DNA of 35,075 nt, taken from positions 1 through 35,075 of IMG/VR virus record IMGVR_UViG_3300012667_000378; one strand, 5' to 3'. Below are positions 19,723 to 28,549 of this stretch, one piece after another; position 1 is the stretch's first letter, and each line of letters begins with the position of its first letter. The position numbers and the translations under genes were made by a program. This DNA comes from a virus (Duplodnaviria > Caudoviricetes). The notes under the pieces are model-generated. The model worked only from the letters and a program-made list of their open reading frames with translations. It was not told the origin of the DNA and made no database searches.

Positions 19723-22700
19723 ATGGAAATAATAAACATAACGGACGAAATTATTGAAATAAACGTAACGGAAGCAGTTGTTAACGTAGTTACGCAGACC
19801 GGCGCTTATCCGTTACCTAGTAACGTATTTAGTGTATTCGGTCGAGTTGGTAACGTTGTAGGACAATTAGGCGATTATACAACGAGCATAGTTGCAGAAG
19901 GTACTAATCTTTATTATACTCAAGCAAGATTCAATACTGCGTTTGGTAATAAGACAACAACTGATTTAACGGAAGGTACTAATCTTTATTATACCGACGC
20001 AAGATCAAGAGCGGCGATTAGCGAGAATATTACCGGCATGGAGTATTCAAGCGCAAGCGGTATATTTAGTCTTACGAGTGGTTATGTTATTCCAACTCAA
20101 GCAATGCTTGACGCGAAAGTACCATATACCGGAGCAACCGGAAACGTAACTTTAGGAGAACATCAATTAACGGCGGGACAAGTAGCGTTTGACCAAACGC
20201 CAACAGGTAGCGCCGGAGTAGGTGTTATGCGTTGGAATAATACGGACGGCACTTTAGATTTAGGTTTAAAAGGTGGCGCGGTAACTTTACAACTAGGGCA
20301 AGAAATTGTCGCAAGAGTTGTAAACAAAACAGGAGCGGATTTATTAGAGGCGAATTATCAAGTAGTGCGTATTAGCTCAGCGCAAGGTCAAAGATTAGCG
20401 GTACAATTAGCGCAAGCAAATAATGACTTAGGTAGCGTTGACACAATCGGAATTGTAACCGAAACAATTTCAAACAACCAAGAGGGATTTATTACAATCT
20501 TAGGACAAGTTAAAGAAATTAATACAACCGGATCTTTGCAAGGCGAGACATGGGCAGACGGCGACGTATTATATTTAAGTCCAACGACTGCGGGTAAGAT
20601 TACAAACATTAAGCCAAGCGCTCCGAGCCACATGGTTGTTGTTGGTTATGTAGAGTATGCACATTCTCAGCATGGCAAGATTTACGCTAAGGTGGCGAAC
20701 GGCTACGAGTTAGAAGAGTTACACGATTGCGCACCATTACCATACATAGACAAAGGCGTGCTTTATAGAGACACGGCGACGGACTTATGGAAATCTGCAA
20801 CGATTGGTACTTTATTAGGTTATACGCCTGTAACTAGCGCAAGAACTATAAGCACTACTGCACCTTTAACAGGTGGCGGCGATTTGAGTGCAGACAGGAC
20901 TTTAAGTATGCCGGCGGCAACTACAAGCGCAAGCGGATATTTAAGCAGCACCGATTGGAATACATTTAACAACAAAGAGAATTTTTTAGCGAGCGGTACA
21001 ACGGCTCAATATTATAGAGGCGATAAGACATTTCAAACTTTAAACACTACGGCCGTTGCAGAAGGTACTAATCTTTATTATACGGCTGCGCGTTTTAATA
21101 CTGCGTTTAGCGGTAAGACAACAACTGACTTAGCAGAAGGTACTAATCTTTATTTTACAACTGCAAGAGCGCAAGGTGCGATAAGTGGTACGTTACCAAT
21201 TAGCGTAAGCGGTGGCGTTGTAAGTATTAGTCAGTCAACAGGATCTAGCAATGGTTATTTATCTAGCACCGATTGGAATACATTTAATAGTAAGCAAGCG
21301 GCGCTTAATGGTACAGGATTTGTAAAGATTAGCGGTACGACTATAAGCTACGACAATAGCACATACTTAACAAGTATTAGCGGTATTAGTGCGGGCGGAG
21401 AATTAAGCGGCACATATCCAAACCCTACGCTTGTTAATGGCGCGGTAACCGGCAAAATATTAAGCGGTGTAAATATTACAGGCGGCACGATTGCAGATAC
21501 CGACTCAATCTTAACTGCGTTCGGTAAGTTGCAGAATCAAATTAACGGACTTATCGGATCTTCTATTTACGAAGGAACTTGGAACGCGACAACAAATACG
21601 CCGACTTTAGCTAGTGGCGTAGGTACTCAAGGCTCGTATTATATCGTAAGCGTTTCGGGTACAACAACAATCGACGGCATAAGCGATTGGAACGTTGGCG
21701 ATTGGATCATATTTGACGGCACGGCTTGGCAGCAAGTCGATAACACGGACGCCGTTGTAAGCGTTAACGGACAAACCGGAGCGGTAAGTTTAACAACTGA
21801 TAATATTACCGAAGGCGCAACGAATTTATATTTCACAAATGGCCGAGCGATCGCGTCTACCTTAACAGGTTATACGAGCGGAGCGGGAACGATTAGCTCA
21901 AGCGATACGATTTTACAGGCGATACAAAAGTTGAACGGAAACGTGAGCGGTTTAGTTACCGGCGTAAGCTCAGTCTTTGGACGTACCGGCCCTGTTGTTG
22001 CTGCGAGTGGCGATTATACAACGACTCAAGTAACGGAGGGAACTAATCTTTATTATACGGACGTAAGAGTTAGCGCCAATAGCGACGTTGCGGCGAATAC
22101 TGCGGCAAGGCATAGCGCGGTTACTTTAGGTACTGCTAACGGACTTAGTTTAAGCACGCAGCAACTAAGCCTTGCGTTAGCTAGTAGCTCAACAACCGGC
22201 GCACTTTCTAGCACCGATTGGAATACATTTAACGGCAAGCAAGCAGCACTAAACGGCACAGGATTCGTAAAGATAAGCGGCACTACTATAAGCTACGACA
22301 ATAGCACATACTTAACAACAAGCAGCGCAGCGAGTACTTACTTGCCTTTGACCGGCGGTACTCTTAGCGGGGATTTGAATATTATAAAATCGGGTGCATA
22401 CGCTACAATTACAACTGACGCAACAACCGGAGTAAACTTTGTATTTAAACAAGGCGGAGTTGTAAAGCATGAAATATTTACTAATTCAACGCAGTTTGCA
22501 ATATATAATAGTTCAACTTCTGCGGTTGCTTTAGGAATTGCTAACTCTACGGGTGCTGCTAGTTTTGCAAATAGTGTAACGGCAACTCAATTTAATGTAT
22601 CAACTTCGGGTGGCGCAACTCAAATATATAACACAGGAGGCGGGCATAGTGTTATAACAAATGCCATTTCGGATAAAGATATGAATTACCAAACAAGCGG

Positions 22701-23808
22701 AAGCGGTGGGCATTACTTTAATACGGCCGGCGTTGATAGGTTTATAATAGCTTCAAGCGGCGCTGCTACATTTAACGGAGGCTCTTCAAATATTCCTTTG
22801 CAAATAACCTCAAGTAATTCCGGAGGTACAATTTTAGGGTTGGTTAATACTAATGGAGGCCCTTATAGTTGGGGATTGAATGCTTATTCAAATGGAACTT
22901 TGTATTTCCAATATGGAACATTAGGAAGCGGAAGTAATCCATTTTATATATCAAGTGCGGGTGCTGCAACTTTTGCAAGTAGTGTAACCTCAAGTGGAGG
23001 TTTTATTGCGAATGTTAGCGGCGCGGGCGTTGATGTTACAAGTGGTGGCACAAGTTCAAGTTATTTAAAAACAAATAATAATGGTGGTAGTTTTTTCTTT
23101 GGTTTAGATAATAATGGTGGCGGCTCGTTTGGTGGTGCTGCTTATTCGGGTAATTTATATATGAGTAATAATTATCCAATGATATTTTGGACAAACTCAG
23201 TTGAAAGAATGAGGATAACAGGAGGGAATGTATTAATAGGTACTACAAGCGACCCTAATTCTGGTAAAATTGTAGCTTATACATCAGAACAAAACTGGAC
23301 TATTTATGCAAGAAATACTGCTTCAAGTGGTTCTGCTTATGGATTTCTATGTGAATTCCCAAACAATATAAATAATACATCATCATATTACTATTATGGC
23401 GGTGATGGTTCATCAGTAAGATTTAGTGTAAGAGGTAATGGTGGTATTTATAATTATTCTGCTAATAATGTAAACTTATCAGATATATCTACTAAAAAGG
23501 AGATTATACCTTGCGAGTCTTATTGGGATAAGTTTAAAGCTATTGAAATTGTTAAGTTTAAATATAAAGACCAAACTCACGATGACTTTAATATAGGGGT
23601 AATTGCTCAACAAGTTGAAGCAGTAGCACCAGAATTTGTTGATGTTGAAGATTGGGCAAAACCAAATGAAGAAAGTAAAATTATGAAAGCCATTTATACC
23701 GAAGACTTACATCATGCAACTATTAAAGTACTACAAGAAGCAATGTTAAGAATAGAAGAGCAACAAGCACAAATAGAAGAATTAAAAGCAAAAATACTAT
23801 CTTTGTAA
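19723..23808 (+). CDS. Tail fibre with C-terminal intramolecular chaperone (peptidase S74-like)
   Basis: Gly/Thr/Ser-rich repeats (EGTNLYYT-type x6, SVFGR, STDWNTFN), ERMRI..GNVLIGTT, then LSDISTKKEI..GVIAQQV..PEFV and a terminal coiled coil. Confidence 0.9.
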   Translation: MEIINITDEIIEINVTEAVVNVVTQTGAYPLPSNVFSVFGRVGNVVGQLGDYTTSIVAEGTNLYYTQARFNTAFGNKTTTDLTEGTNLYYTDARSRAAISENITGMEYSSASGIFSLTSGYVIPTQAMLDAKVPYTGATGNVTLGEHQLTAGQVAFDQTPTGSAGVGVMRWNNTDGTLDLGLKGGAVTLQLGQEIVARVVNKTGADLLEANYQVVRISSAQGQRLAVQLAQANNDLGSVDTIGIVTETISNNQEGFITILGQVKEINTTGSLQGETWADGDVLYLSPTTAGKITNIKPSAPSHMVVVGYVEYAHSQHGKIYAKVANGYELEELHDCAPLPYIDKGVLYRDTATDLWKSATIGTLLGYTPVTSARTISTTAPLTGGGDLSADRTLSMPAATTSASGYLSSTDWNTFNNKENFLASGTTAQYYRGDKTFQTLNTTAVAEGTNLYYTAARFNTAFSGKTTTDLAEGTNLYFTTARAQGAISGTLPISVSGGVVSISQSTGSSNGYLSSTDWNTFNSKQAALNGTGFVKISGTTISYDNSTYLTSISGISAGGELSGTYPNPTLVNGAVTGKILSGVNITGGTIADTDSILTAFGKLQNQINGLIGSSIYEGTWNATTNTPTLASGVGTQGSYYIVSVSGTTTIDGISDWNVGDWIIFDGTAWQQVDNTDAVVSVNGQTGAVSLTTDNITEGATNLYFTNGRAIASTLTGYTSGAGTISSSDTILQAIQKLNGNVSGLVTGVSSVFGRTGPVVAASGDYTTTQVTEGTNLYYTDVRVSANSDVAANTAARHSAVTLGTANGLSLSTQQLSLALASSSTTGALSSTDWNTFNGKQAALNGTGFVKISGTTISYDNSTYLTTSSAASTYLPLTGGTLSGDLNIIKSGAYATITTDATTGVNFVFKQGGVVKHEIFTNSTQFAIYNSSTSAVALGIANSTGAASFANSVTATQFNVSTSGGATQIYNTGGGHSVITNAISDKDMNYQTSGSGGHYFNTAGVDRFIIASSGAATFNGGSSNIPLQITSSNSGGTILGLVNTNGGPYSWGLNAYSNGTLYFQYGTLGSGSNPFYISSAGAATFASSVTSSGGFIANVSGAGVDVTSGGTSSSYLKTNNNGGSFFFGLDNNGGGSFGGAAYSGNLYMSNNYPMIFWTNSVERMRITGGNVLIGTTSDPNSGKIVAYTSEQNWTIYARNTASSGSAYGFLCEFPNNINNTSSYYYYGGDGSSVRFSVRGNGGIYNYSANNVNLSDISTKKEIIPCESYWDKFKAIEIVKFKYKDQTHDDFNIGVIAQQVEAVAPEFVDVEDWAKPNEESKIMKAIYTEDLHHATIKVLQEAMLRIEEQQAQIEELKAKILSL
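21262..22318 (+). repeat. 112-bp imperfect direct repeat in the fibre gene (21262-21373 and 22207-22318)
   Basis: Both copies encode SSTDWNTFNxKQAALNGTGFVKISGTTISYDNSTYLT with mostly synonymous differences. Confidence 0.9.
23798..23805 (+). promoter_or_regulatory. Bacteroidota-type -7 promoter box TATCTTTG
   Basis: TAnnTTTG 15 nt upstream of ATG 23821, ahead of the lysis cassette. Confidence 0.45.
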
Positions 23809-23820
23809 AAATTTAAAATT

Positions 23821-23961
23821 ATGATTAGTTTAAACGAGCAACAAGTGGCCGACTTAAAGGCCTTCATTAACAAGATCCCGACTGAGTTCGGACTTCCTTT
23901 ATTAACATTTTTCGCTCAGCTAGAGAATGAGCAAAAAGAACAATCTAAAAACGAAGAGTAA
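23821..23961 (+). CDS. Small protein after tail fibre (46 aa)
   Basis: Not in the ORF track; MISLNEQQVADLKAFINKIPTEFGLPLLTFFAQLENEQKEQSKNEE fills the gap exactly. Confidence 0.75.
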   Translation: MISLNEQQVADLKAFINKIPTEFGLPLLTFFAQLENEQKEQSKNEE

Positions 23962-23963
23962 AG

Positions 23964-24152
23964 ATGACACAAGATAGCAGCCAAGCTTTAGTAAATACGG
24001 CGGTTTCAATGACCGCCGCTACGCTAACTATTACGCAAGTACAACCATTCGTTACTTTAGTAGCCGGCTTGGTTGCTATTATTTCCGGTATCATGGCGAT
24101 ACGTTATTACTACAACGCTACTAAAAAAGTAAAAGATGAAGTTTCTAAATAG
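23964..24152 (+). CDS. Holin-like membrane protein
   Basis: 62 aa, hydrophobic helix and basic C-terminus; in the lysis cassette. Confidence 0.6.
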   Translation: MTQDSSQALVNTAVSMTAATLTITQVQPFVTLVAGLVAIISGIMAIRYYYNATKKVKDEVSK

Positions 24153-24327
24153 CATTTGGGGATCATGGCTTAAGGTTGCAATTACTGCGATCCTTACCAT
24201 GATTATAACTAAAGGGAATATTTACGAGGTAACCTTAGCCGAGTGCGCAAGCGCTGCGGTTATATCAATCTTACCTATAATCGTTAACTACCTTAACCCT
24301 CACGATCCTCGTTATGGAAAAAACTAG
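24136..24327 (+). CDS. Holin
   Basis: Two hydrophobic helices and YLNPHDPRYG tail. Confidence 0.65.
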   Translation: MKFLNSIWGSWLKVAITAILTMIITKGNIYEVTLAECASAAVISILPIIVNYLNPHDPRYGKN

Positions 24328-24811
24328 GTTATTTTTAATTTATCTAGGCCTGTTAATTTTATTAATCTTAACCGCGTGCAACCCGATCCGTAAGGCGGAG
24401 CGCCGCGTACTTAACGACGTGGCCGCAAGTGAGCGCGTATTTAGGGAATTAGAAAAAACAAGACCATGCGCTAACGATACGGCTTACGTTACCCTTTTAG
24501 ATACATTGGTAACGAGCGACACGATTACCGACTATAAATACGATACGATTAACAACGTAATAACTAAGACTTTACAGGGCAAAACAATCTATAAGACTAA
24601 GAAAGTAATCGAAATTAAGACAGGCTACATAGTCGATACAAGAAGATTAGGCTTAGCGCTTGATAGCGTGCGTTATTTTAAGACTTTATCTATAAGTAAT
24701 AAAGATACTAGCGACAAATGGAGAATCCGTTTTTGGGTACTTATAATCGCATTAATCGGTATCTTTATTTTAAAGCGTTTTTTATGGTCATTTCTCAGCA
24801 TTTTACACTAG
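24314..24811 (+). CDS. Unimolecular spanin candidate (lipoprotein with C-terminal TM helix)
   Basis: Signal peptide with lipobox LTAC; C-terminal FWVLIIALIGIFIL followed by KR. Confidence 0.7.
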   Translation: MEKTRLFLIYLGLLILLILTACNPIRKAERRVLNDVAASERVFRELEKTRPCANDTAYVTLLDTLVTSDTITDYKYDTINNVITKTLQGKTIYKTKKVIEIKTGYIVDTRRLGLALDSVRYFKTLSISNKDTSDKWRIRFWVLIIALIGIFILKRFLWSFLSILH

Positions 24812-25233
24812 GCGAACTTATCCGCTCCGATAGTGCGAAGCGCAACGGCATTAATAACATGCCTAACGCCGAGCAAATAGAAAATTTAAAGGCACTTTGC
24901 GAGCATATCCTTGAGCCTATTCGCGAGGAATTTAGAGTACCAATTTACATATCTAGCGCTTACAGGTCTAAGGAGGCCAACCGATTCGTCGGAGGCTCAA
25001 AAACTTCGCAGCATTGCCGAGGCGAAGCCGCAGATATTGACATGGACGGACACTCGCACGAAGTAACGAATAAAGATATATTCGACTTTATTGTGGCAAA
25101 GCTTCCGTTTGATCAAGTTATTAATGAGTTCAATTACGCTTGGGTGCATGTTAGCTATAAAAGAAACGGCCCACAAAGGCGACAAACCTTGCGAGCCGTT
25201 AAGAATAATAGCGGGGGAACTATTTACTTATAA
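24784..25233 (+). CDS. Endolysin, peptidase M15A family
   Basis: SQHFTLGEL, ISSAYRS, SQHCRGEAADI, WVHVSY zinc-peptidase motifs; start probably ATG 24784. Confidence 0.9.
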   Translation: MVISQHFTLGELIRSDSAKRNGINNMPNAEQIENLKALCEHILEPIREEFRVPIYISSAYRSKEANRFVGGSKTSQHCRGEAADIDMDGHSHEVTNKDIFDFIVAKLPFDQVINEFNYAWVHVSYKRNGPQRRQTLRAVKNNSGGTIYL

Positions 25234-25588
25234 TATAAAGAATCGTTGCATGGTTACGACCTAAGTACCTTGCTATTTCAGTAGGCCTGTAACCTTCAAA
25301 GTATGCTTGCTTTATAAAAGCGTTGCGTAAGTCGACAACCTCTTGCAGTCTACGTCTTTGGCTTACCTCTTTAAAGCTAGTATTATTCTCTTTAAAATAA
25401 CCTTCGCTCCATGTCGCAAGAGGTGCGCTTGGTTTTGGCTTACGCTTTACAAATTTTTCTACATGTACTATTTTCTCAATTATTTGAGGCGCTTGATTAA
25501 TTCTTGGCTCAAGCATTACCTCAATACGTTTTAAGGCGTGGTCGTTGCAGCCTGTATAAAGTTTAATGTATTTAAGAATTTCTTTCAT
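25220..25588 (-). CDS. DNA-binding protein with DnaA C-terminal-like HTH
   Basis: EIARYLGRNHATILY resembles DnaA domain IV (IG..FGGRDHTTVLH); no ATPase domain. Confidence 0.7.
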   Translation of the reverse strand: MKEILKYIKLYTGCNDHALKRIEVMLEPRINQAPQIIEKIVHVEKFVKRKPKPSAPLATWSEGYFKENNTSFKEVSQRRRLQEVVDLRNAFIKQAYFEGYRPTEIARYLGRNHATILYIISK

Positions 25589-25754
25589 TGTTTATTTTTA
25601 CTTCGTCAAATACTCCGGATAATTCCGCTAGTTTTATGTGAGCGACAAAAGCTTGATAGCTTATAATGTCGTTTTGTAATAAGTGAGTGATCTTGCCTAC
25701 TAAGTCGATTTTCTCAATAATAGTAAGGTCTTGCCATTCTTGATGATTTGCCAT
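25572..25754 (-). CDS. Hypothetical protein
   Basis: Start at ATG 25754 (MANHQEWQ), next to the stop of the upstream small ORF. Confidence 0.65.
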   Translation of the reverse strand: MANHQEWQDLTIIEKIDLVGKITHLLQNDIISYQAFVAHIKLAELSGVFDEVKINNERNS

Positions 25755-25756
25755 AA

Positions 25757-25897
25757 TTAAAAGTCTTTGTCGATAGTGAATAAAAAGCACAGGATCAAAA
25801 TGTGATAGTGTGCCGTGCGTCCTAGAGTTAAGTAGTTGTACTTACGCTCAGTTATTGTCTTGTAATAACCGAAGCCAATCATTCTAACTAATTTCAT
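25757..25897 (-). CDS. Small hypothetical protein (46 aa)
   Basis: Not in the ORF track; MKLVRMIGFGYYKTITERKYNYLTLGRTAHYHILILCFLFTIDKDF fills the gap tightly. Confidence 0.6.
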   Translation of the reverse strand: MKLVRMIGFGYYKTITERKYNYLTLGRTAHYHILILCFLFTIDKDF

Positions 25898-25901
25898 AAG
25901 A

Positions 25902-26120
25902 TTATTGTTTTTTTACGATTATTGCTAAGGCATTTATCCAAGGCTCGCCTTTTATATTAAACTCCATAAATTGCCTCTTGATTACTTTAAAATATCCCTC
26001 TTCTCCGTCTAGTTTTATTACATCGTCTAGCATTGGGACTATGTCAAACGGAGACTCTATAACTTTGCTATCAGCGGTAATGTCCTCGGTTTCAATGTGG
26101 ATTTGAACTCTTGTTTTCAT
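25902..26120 (-). CDS. Hypothetical protein
   Basis: Start at ATG 26120 (MKTRVQIH). Confidence 0.65.
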   Translation of the reverse strand: MKTRVQIHIETEDITADSKVIESPFDIVPMLDDVIKLDGEEGYFKVIKRQFMEFNIKGEPWINALAIIVKKQ

Positions 26121-26122
26121 AA

Positions 26123-26251
26123 TTAAATATTTTGTAAGATTGCGGTAATGATAAAGGCTACGCATACGATAATAAACGCATACACAGGCTTAATTGATTC
26201 TTGAGCGTAGCGCTCGTTGGCTTTTTGTTGTGGTGTTTTTAAACGATTCAT
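26123..26251 (-). CDS. Small membrane protein (42 aa)
   Basis: Not in the ORF track; MNRLKTPQQKANERYAQESIKPVYAFIIVCVAFIITAILQNI. Confidence 0.65.
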   Translation of the reverse strand: MNRLKTPQQKANERYAQESIKPVYAFIIVCVAFIITAILQNI

Positions 26252-26311
26252 AATAAAAATTATTGGTTAAAAAATATTTGCGTTGAATAGTCGCAACCCT
26301 ATTTTTTGTTT

Positions 26312-26545
26312 TTATGCTTGATAAGTAGTTACGATTGCTTTTTGTAAATCTTCAACAAATACGCCGTTTAATTCTGCAACTTTAACTTCGTTTACTCCGC
26401 GTAAAGTATAAGCTTTAACATTATAAAGGTCGTTAACTAAAGTAACGTCTACAAAGCGGTTTCTATTACAAACTAACTTTGTAAAGTTTACGCCATTTAC
26501 TTGAAATTTAAAGCCGATTGTCATTTGAGTTGTTAAAGTTGTCAT
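26312..26545 (-). CDS. Hypothetical early protein
   Basis: First ORF after the 26568-26575 promoter box. Confidence 0.7.
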   Translation of the reverse strand: MTTLTTQMTIGFKFQVNGVNFTKLVCNRNRFVDVTLVNDLYNVKAYTLRGVNEVKVAELNGVFVEDLQKAIVTTYQA

Positions 26546-26567
26546 GGTTATTTCGTTTTTGATAGAT

Positions 26568-26575
26568 CAAAGATA
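26568..26575 (-). promoter_or_regulatory. Bacteroidota-type -7 promoter box TATCTTTG
   Basis: TAnnTTTG on the minus strand in an AT-rich intergenic region, 22 nt upstream of ATG 26545. Confidence 0.7.
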
Positions 26576-26657
26576 TACTAATTTCATTAATAAAAAAATA
26601 TTTTTAATAAATTTTTAAAAATAAATTAAATATCCTTGAAAATCAAGCACTTACAAC

Positions 26658-27884
26658 CTAAAAAAACTTTTTGAAATGACTTAAAGTAAAGTCTTTTTTG
26701 TTCTGCACCATGGTAAAAATACGATCTTCTATGCCTCCTGTCGTAAAAATCCAATAGACTTTAGACGCTTCGGTGCGGTCTTTTGTCTGCATTCTTGCCC
26801 TACTTTGCCAATAACTTACGGCGCTAAAGTCAATATTATACATAACAAGCGCCTCGGCTGAGCTTAAGTTAATACCCTCGCGCCCGCTTTGGATCTGCGA
26901 AATAAACACGGCGTCGCCTTCGGCTTCGTTAAAAGCCATTGTATCCTCTATAATACGGCCGGCAAACGTGTATTTAAGCTGCAATCCCTCCGCAATATAT
27001 TTATAAAAAATAGCTATCTTTTGGCCTTTAAAATACTCCTTAATAAAGTTAGCCTTAGTATCATCAAACATCAAAGCATTGCCGTCCTCAGTCTTTACTG
27101 ATCCGCTACATATTTGGTGTATCTTCTGCATTTCCTTAACGTTAGTATCTGCTAAAACTATTTGGCCGTCCTTCGTTTTAAACAACTTATCTTTTTTAAT
27201 CTTGTCAACCGCCCATTTAACTTTATCCGACATGCTAACGTATAAAATAACCTCCTGTACTAAAGACTCAAAGCCGGCCTCTTCTTGCGTATACGTCAAC
27301 AACAAGTGTTGTATGTCCGATTGTATGCGCTCTTGTTTTACATGCGTGTAGTCCGGCACTTGCATATTATATAAAAACTTTGTCTTAGGTATTCCGTATT
27401 CCTTATGCCATGCGTAGAAGTTTTTGAAATCTTTAAACGGCGAATAATCACTTATAAAAAATTGATGAAAAAATTGAGCGTAAGTTTCCGGACTTGGCGT
27501 ACCGCTTAAATACACAATCGGTTTACCCTTACAAATTTTTTTTAGATCCGTTACCCTGTTGCTAGGCTTCGGGAATTGTCCTAGCGCATGCGCTTCGTCT
27601 ACTATTATAAGATCGTACTCATGCTCTATTTTATGCAGACTTTCGTAATTAATTACAAGTAAATTATATAAACAATTTGATTGCTTAAAGTCCTCTTCAA
27701 TACTAGATATTGCTTTCTTTTTAGTTACAAATAATACCTTCTTAGCGCCATATAAACTAGCGATATGCAAGCTAGTAATCGTCTTACCTGTACGAACTTG
27801 CATTGCCAAATAGACAAGCTTAAATTCCTTTAAAATGTTAATTGCTTGCTCCGCAATATTTATTTGATAGTCTCTTAGTTGCAT
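26658..27884 (-). CDS. SF2 (SNF2/Res-like) helicase
   Basis: LRDYQ, RTGKT, IVDEAH, LSGTP, GREGINL, QSRAR motifs. Confidence 0.92.
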   Translation of the reverse strand: MQLRDYQINIAEQAINILKEFKLVYLAMQVRTGKTITSLHIASLYGAKKVLFVTKKKAISSIEEDFKQSNCLYNLLVINYESLHKIEHEYDLIIVDEAHALGQFPKPSNRVTDLKKICKGKPIVYLSGTPSPETYAQFFHQFFISDYSPFKDFKNFYAWHKEYGIPKTKFLYNMQVPDYTHVKQERIQSDIQHLLLTYTQEEAGFESLVQEVILYVSMSDKVKWAVDKIKKDKLFKTKDGQIVLADTNVKEMQKIHQICSGSVKTEDGNALMFDDTKANFIKEYFKGQKIAIFYKYIAEGLQLKYTFAGRIIEDTMAFNEAEGDAVFISQIQSGREGINLSSAEALVMYNIDFSAVSYWQSRARMQTKDRTEASKVYWIFTTGGIEDRIFTMVQNKKDFTLSHFKKFF

Positions 27885-27956
27885 GAATTTTTACACTTTT
27901 TCGTATGAAATATGAGTCATTAATCGCACTTTTTGGCACTAATGTATAAGATATGA

Positions 27957-28010
27957 GTCAAGTTTAACCTTTACTTTATTACAACTTTTGTCAAGTTTTA
28001 CCTTTACTTT
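27957..28010. repeat. 21-bp direct repeat x2 (GTCAAGTTTWACCTTTACTTT), 33-bp period
   Basis: 27957-27977 and 27990-28010, one mismatch. Confidence 0.85.
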
Positions 28011-28020
28011 GACATAAGAT

Positions 28021-28082
28021 AAGGCCGGCAGTTCCCCGAATTACTACAATATTTTTTTATTGGTATTATTCTTGCCGGCCTT
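28021..28082. repeat. 10-bp inverted repeat AAGGCCGGCA/TGCCGGCCTT with 42-nt spacer
   Basis: GC-rich arms in an AT-rich intergenic region. Confidence 0.75.
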
Positions 28083-28111
28083 TTGCCTAATCATATTTAA
28101 TTGCTCAAAGG

Positions 28112-28549
28112 CTATGCAATGCGTTTGCTCCAATAAAGCATTTCCTTACCTCCGTAAGCATACTCCGGAAAATATAATTTAAACCCTTTGCCAATAAGAT
28201 TGTTCGCGCTAGGGTAATTGTCTTTTGTTGTATATGTTATCGCCGTATGGCATGAATGAAATTTAGCAGCCGTAAGCCTTGTCTTAATTAGTTTCTTTTG
28301 CAATCCCTTGCCTCGGTATTGTTTCTTTACCCACGCTCGTATAAATATGCAAATATTATTTGAGTAAATAGATCCGCAGTAAGCACCGATCACACCTTTG
28401 TCGTCTAGAAATACCCACCATTCGCGGTTTGTATGAAACTCATTATTGCAGCCGGCAAATATATTAAAGTCCATTATTTGCACGCGTTGGTATAAGTCGT
28501 CGTTTAAAACTTGACCGAAGCTAAATATTTTCTTTGCCCTCATATTCAA
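28112..28549 (-). CDS. GNAT-family N-acetyltransferase
   Basis: WVKKQYRGKGLQKKL acetyl-CoA motif A; NYPSANNLIGKGF motif B. Confidence 0.85.
   Translation of the reverse strand: MNMRAKKIFSFGQVLNDDLYQRVQIMDFNIFAGCNNEFHTNREWWVFLDDKGVIGAYCGSIYSNNICIFIRAWVKKQYRGKGLQKKLIKTRLTAAKFHSCHTAITYTTKDNYPSANNLIGKGFKLYFPEYAYGGKEMLYWSKRIA

Noticed and set aside
19723-23808. Diversity-generating retroelement or invertase-driven fibre switching
   Set aside because: No reverse transcriptase or recombinase was recognised; the 112-bp repeat differs at synonymous sites, not specifically at adenines.
25220-25588. Calling the gene dnaA
   Set aside because: Only the HTH-like part is present; there is no AAA+ domain.
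26278-26296. TTGCG/CGCAA hairpin as a terminator
   Set aside because: Only a 5-bp stem with a 9-nt loop; too weak to call.
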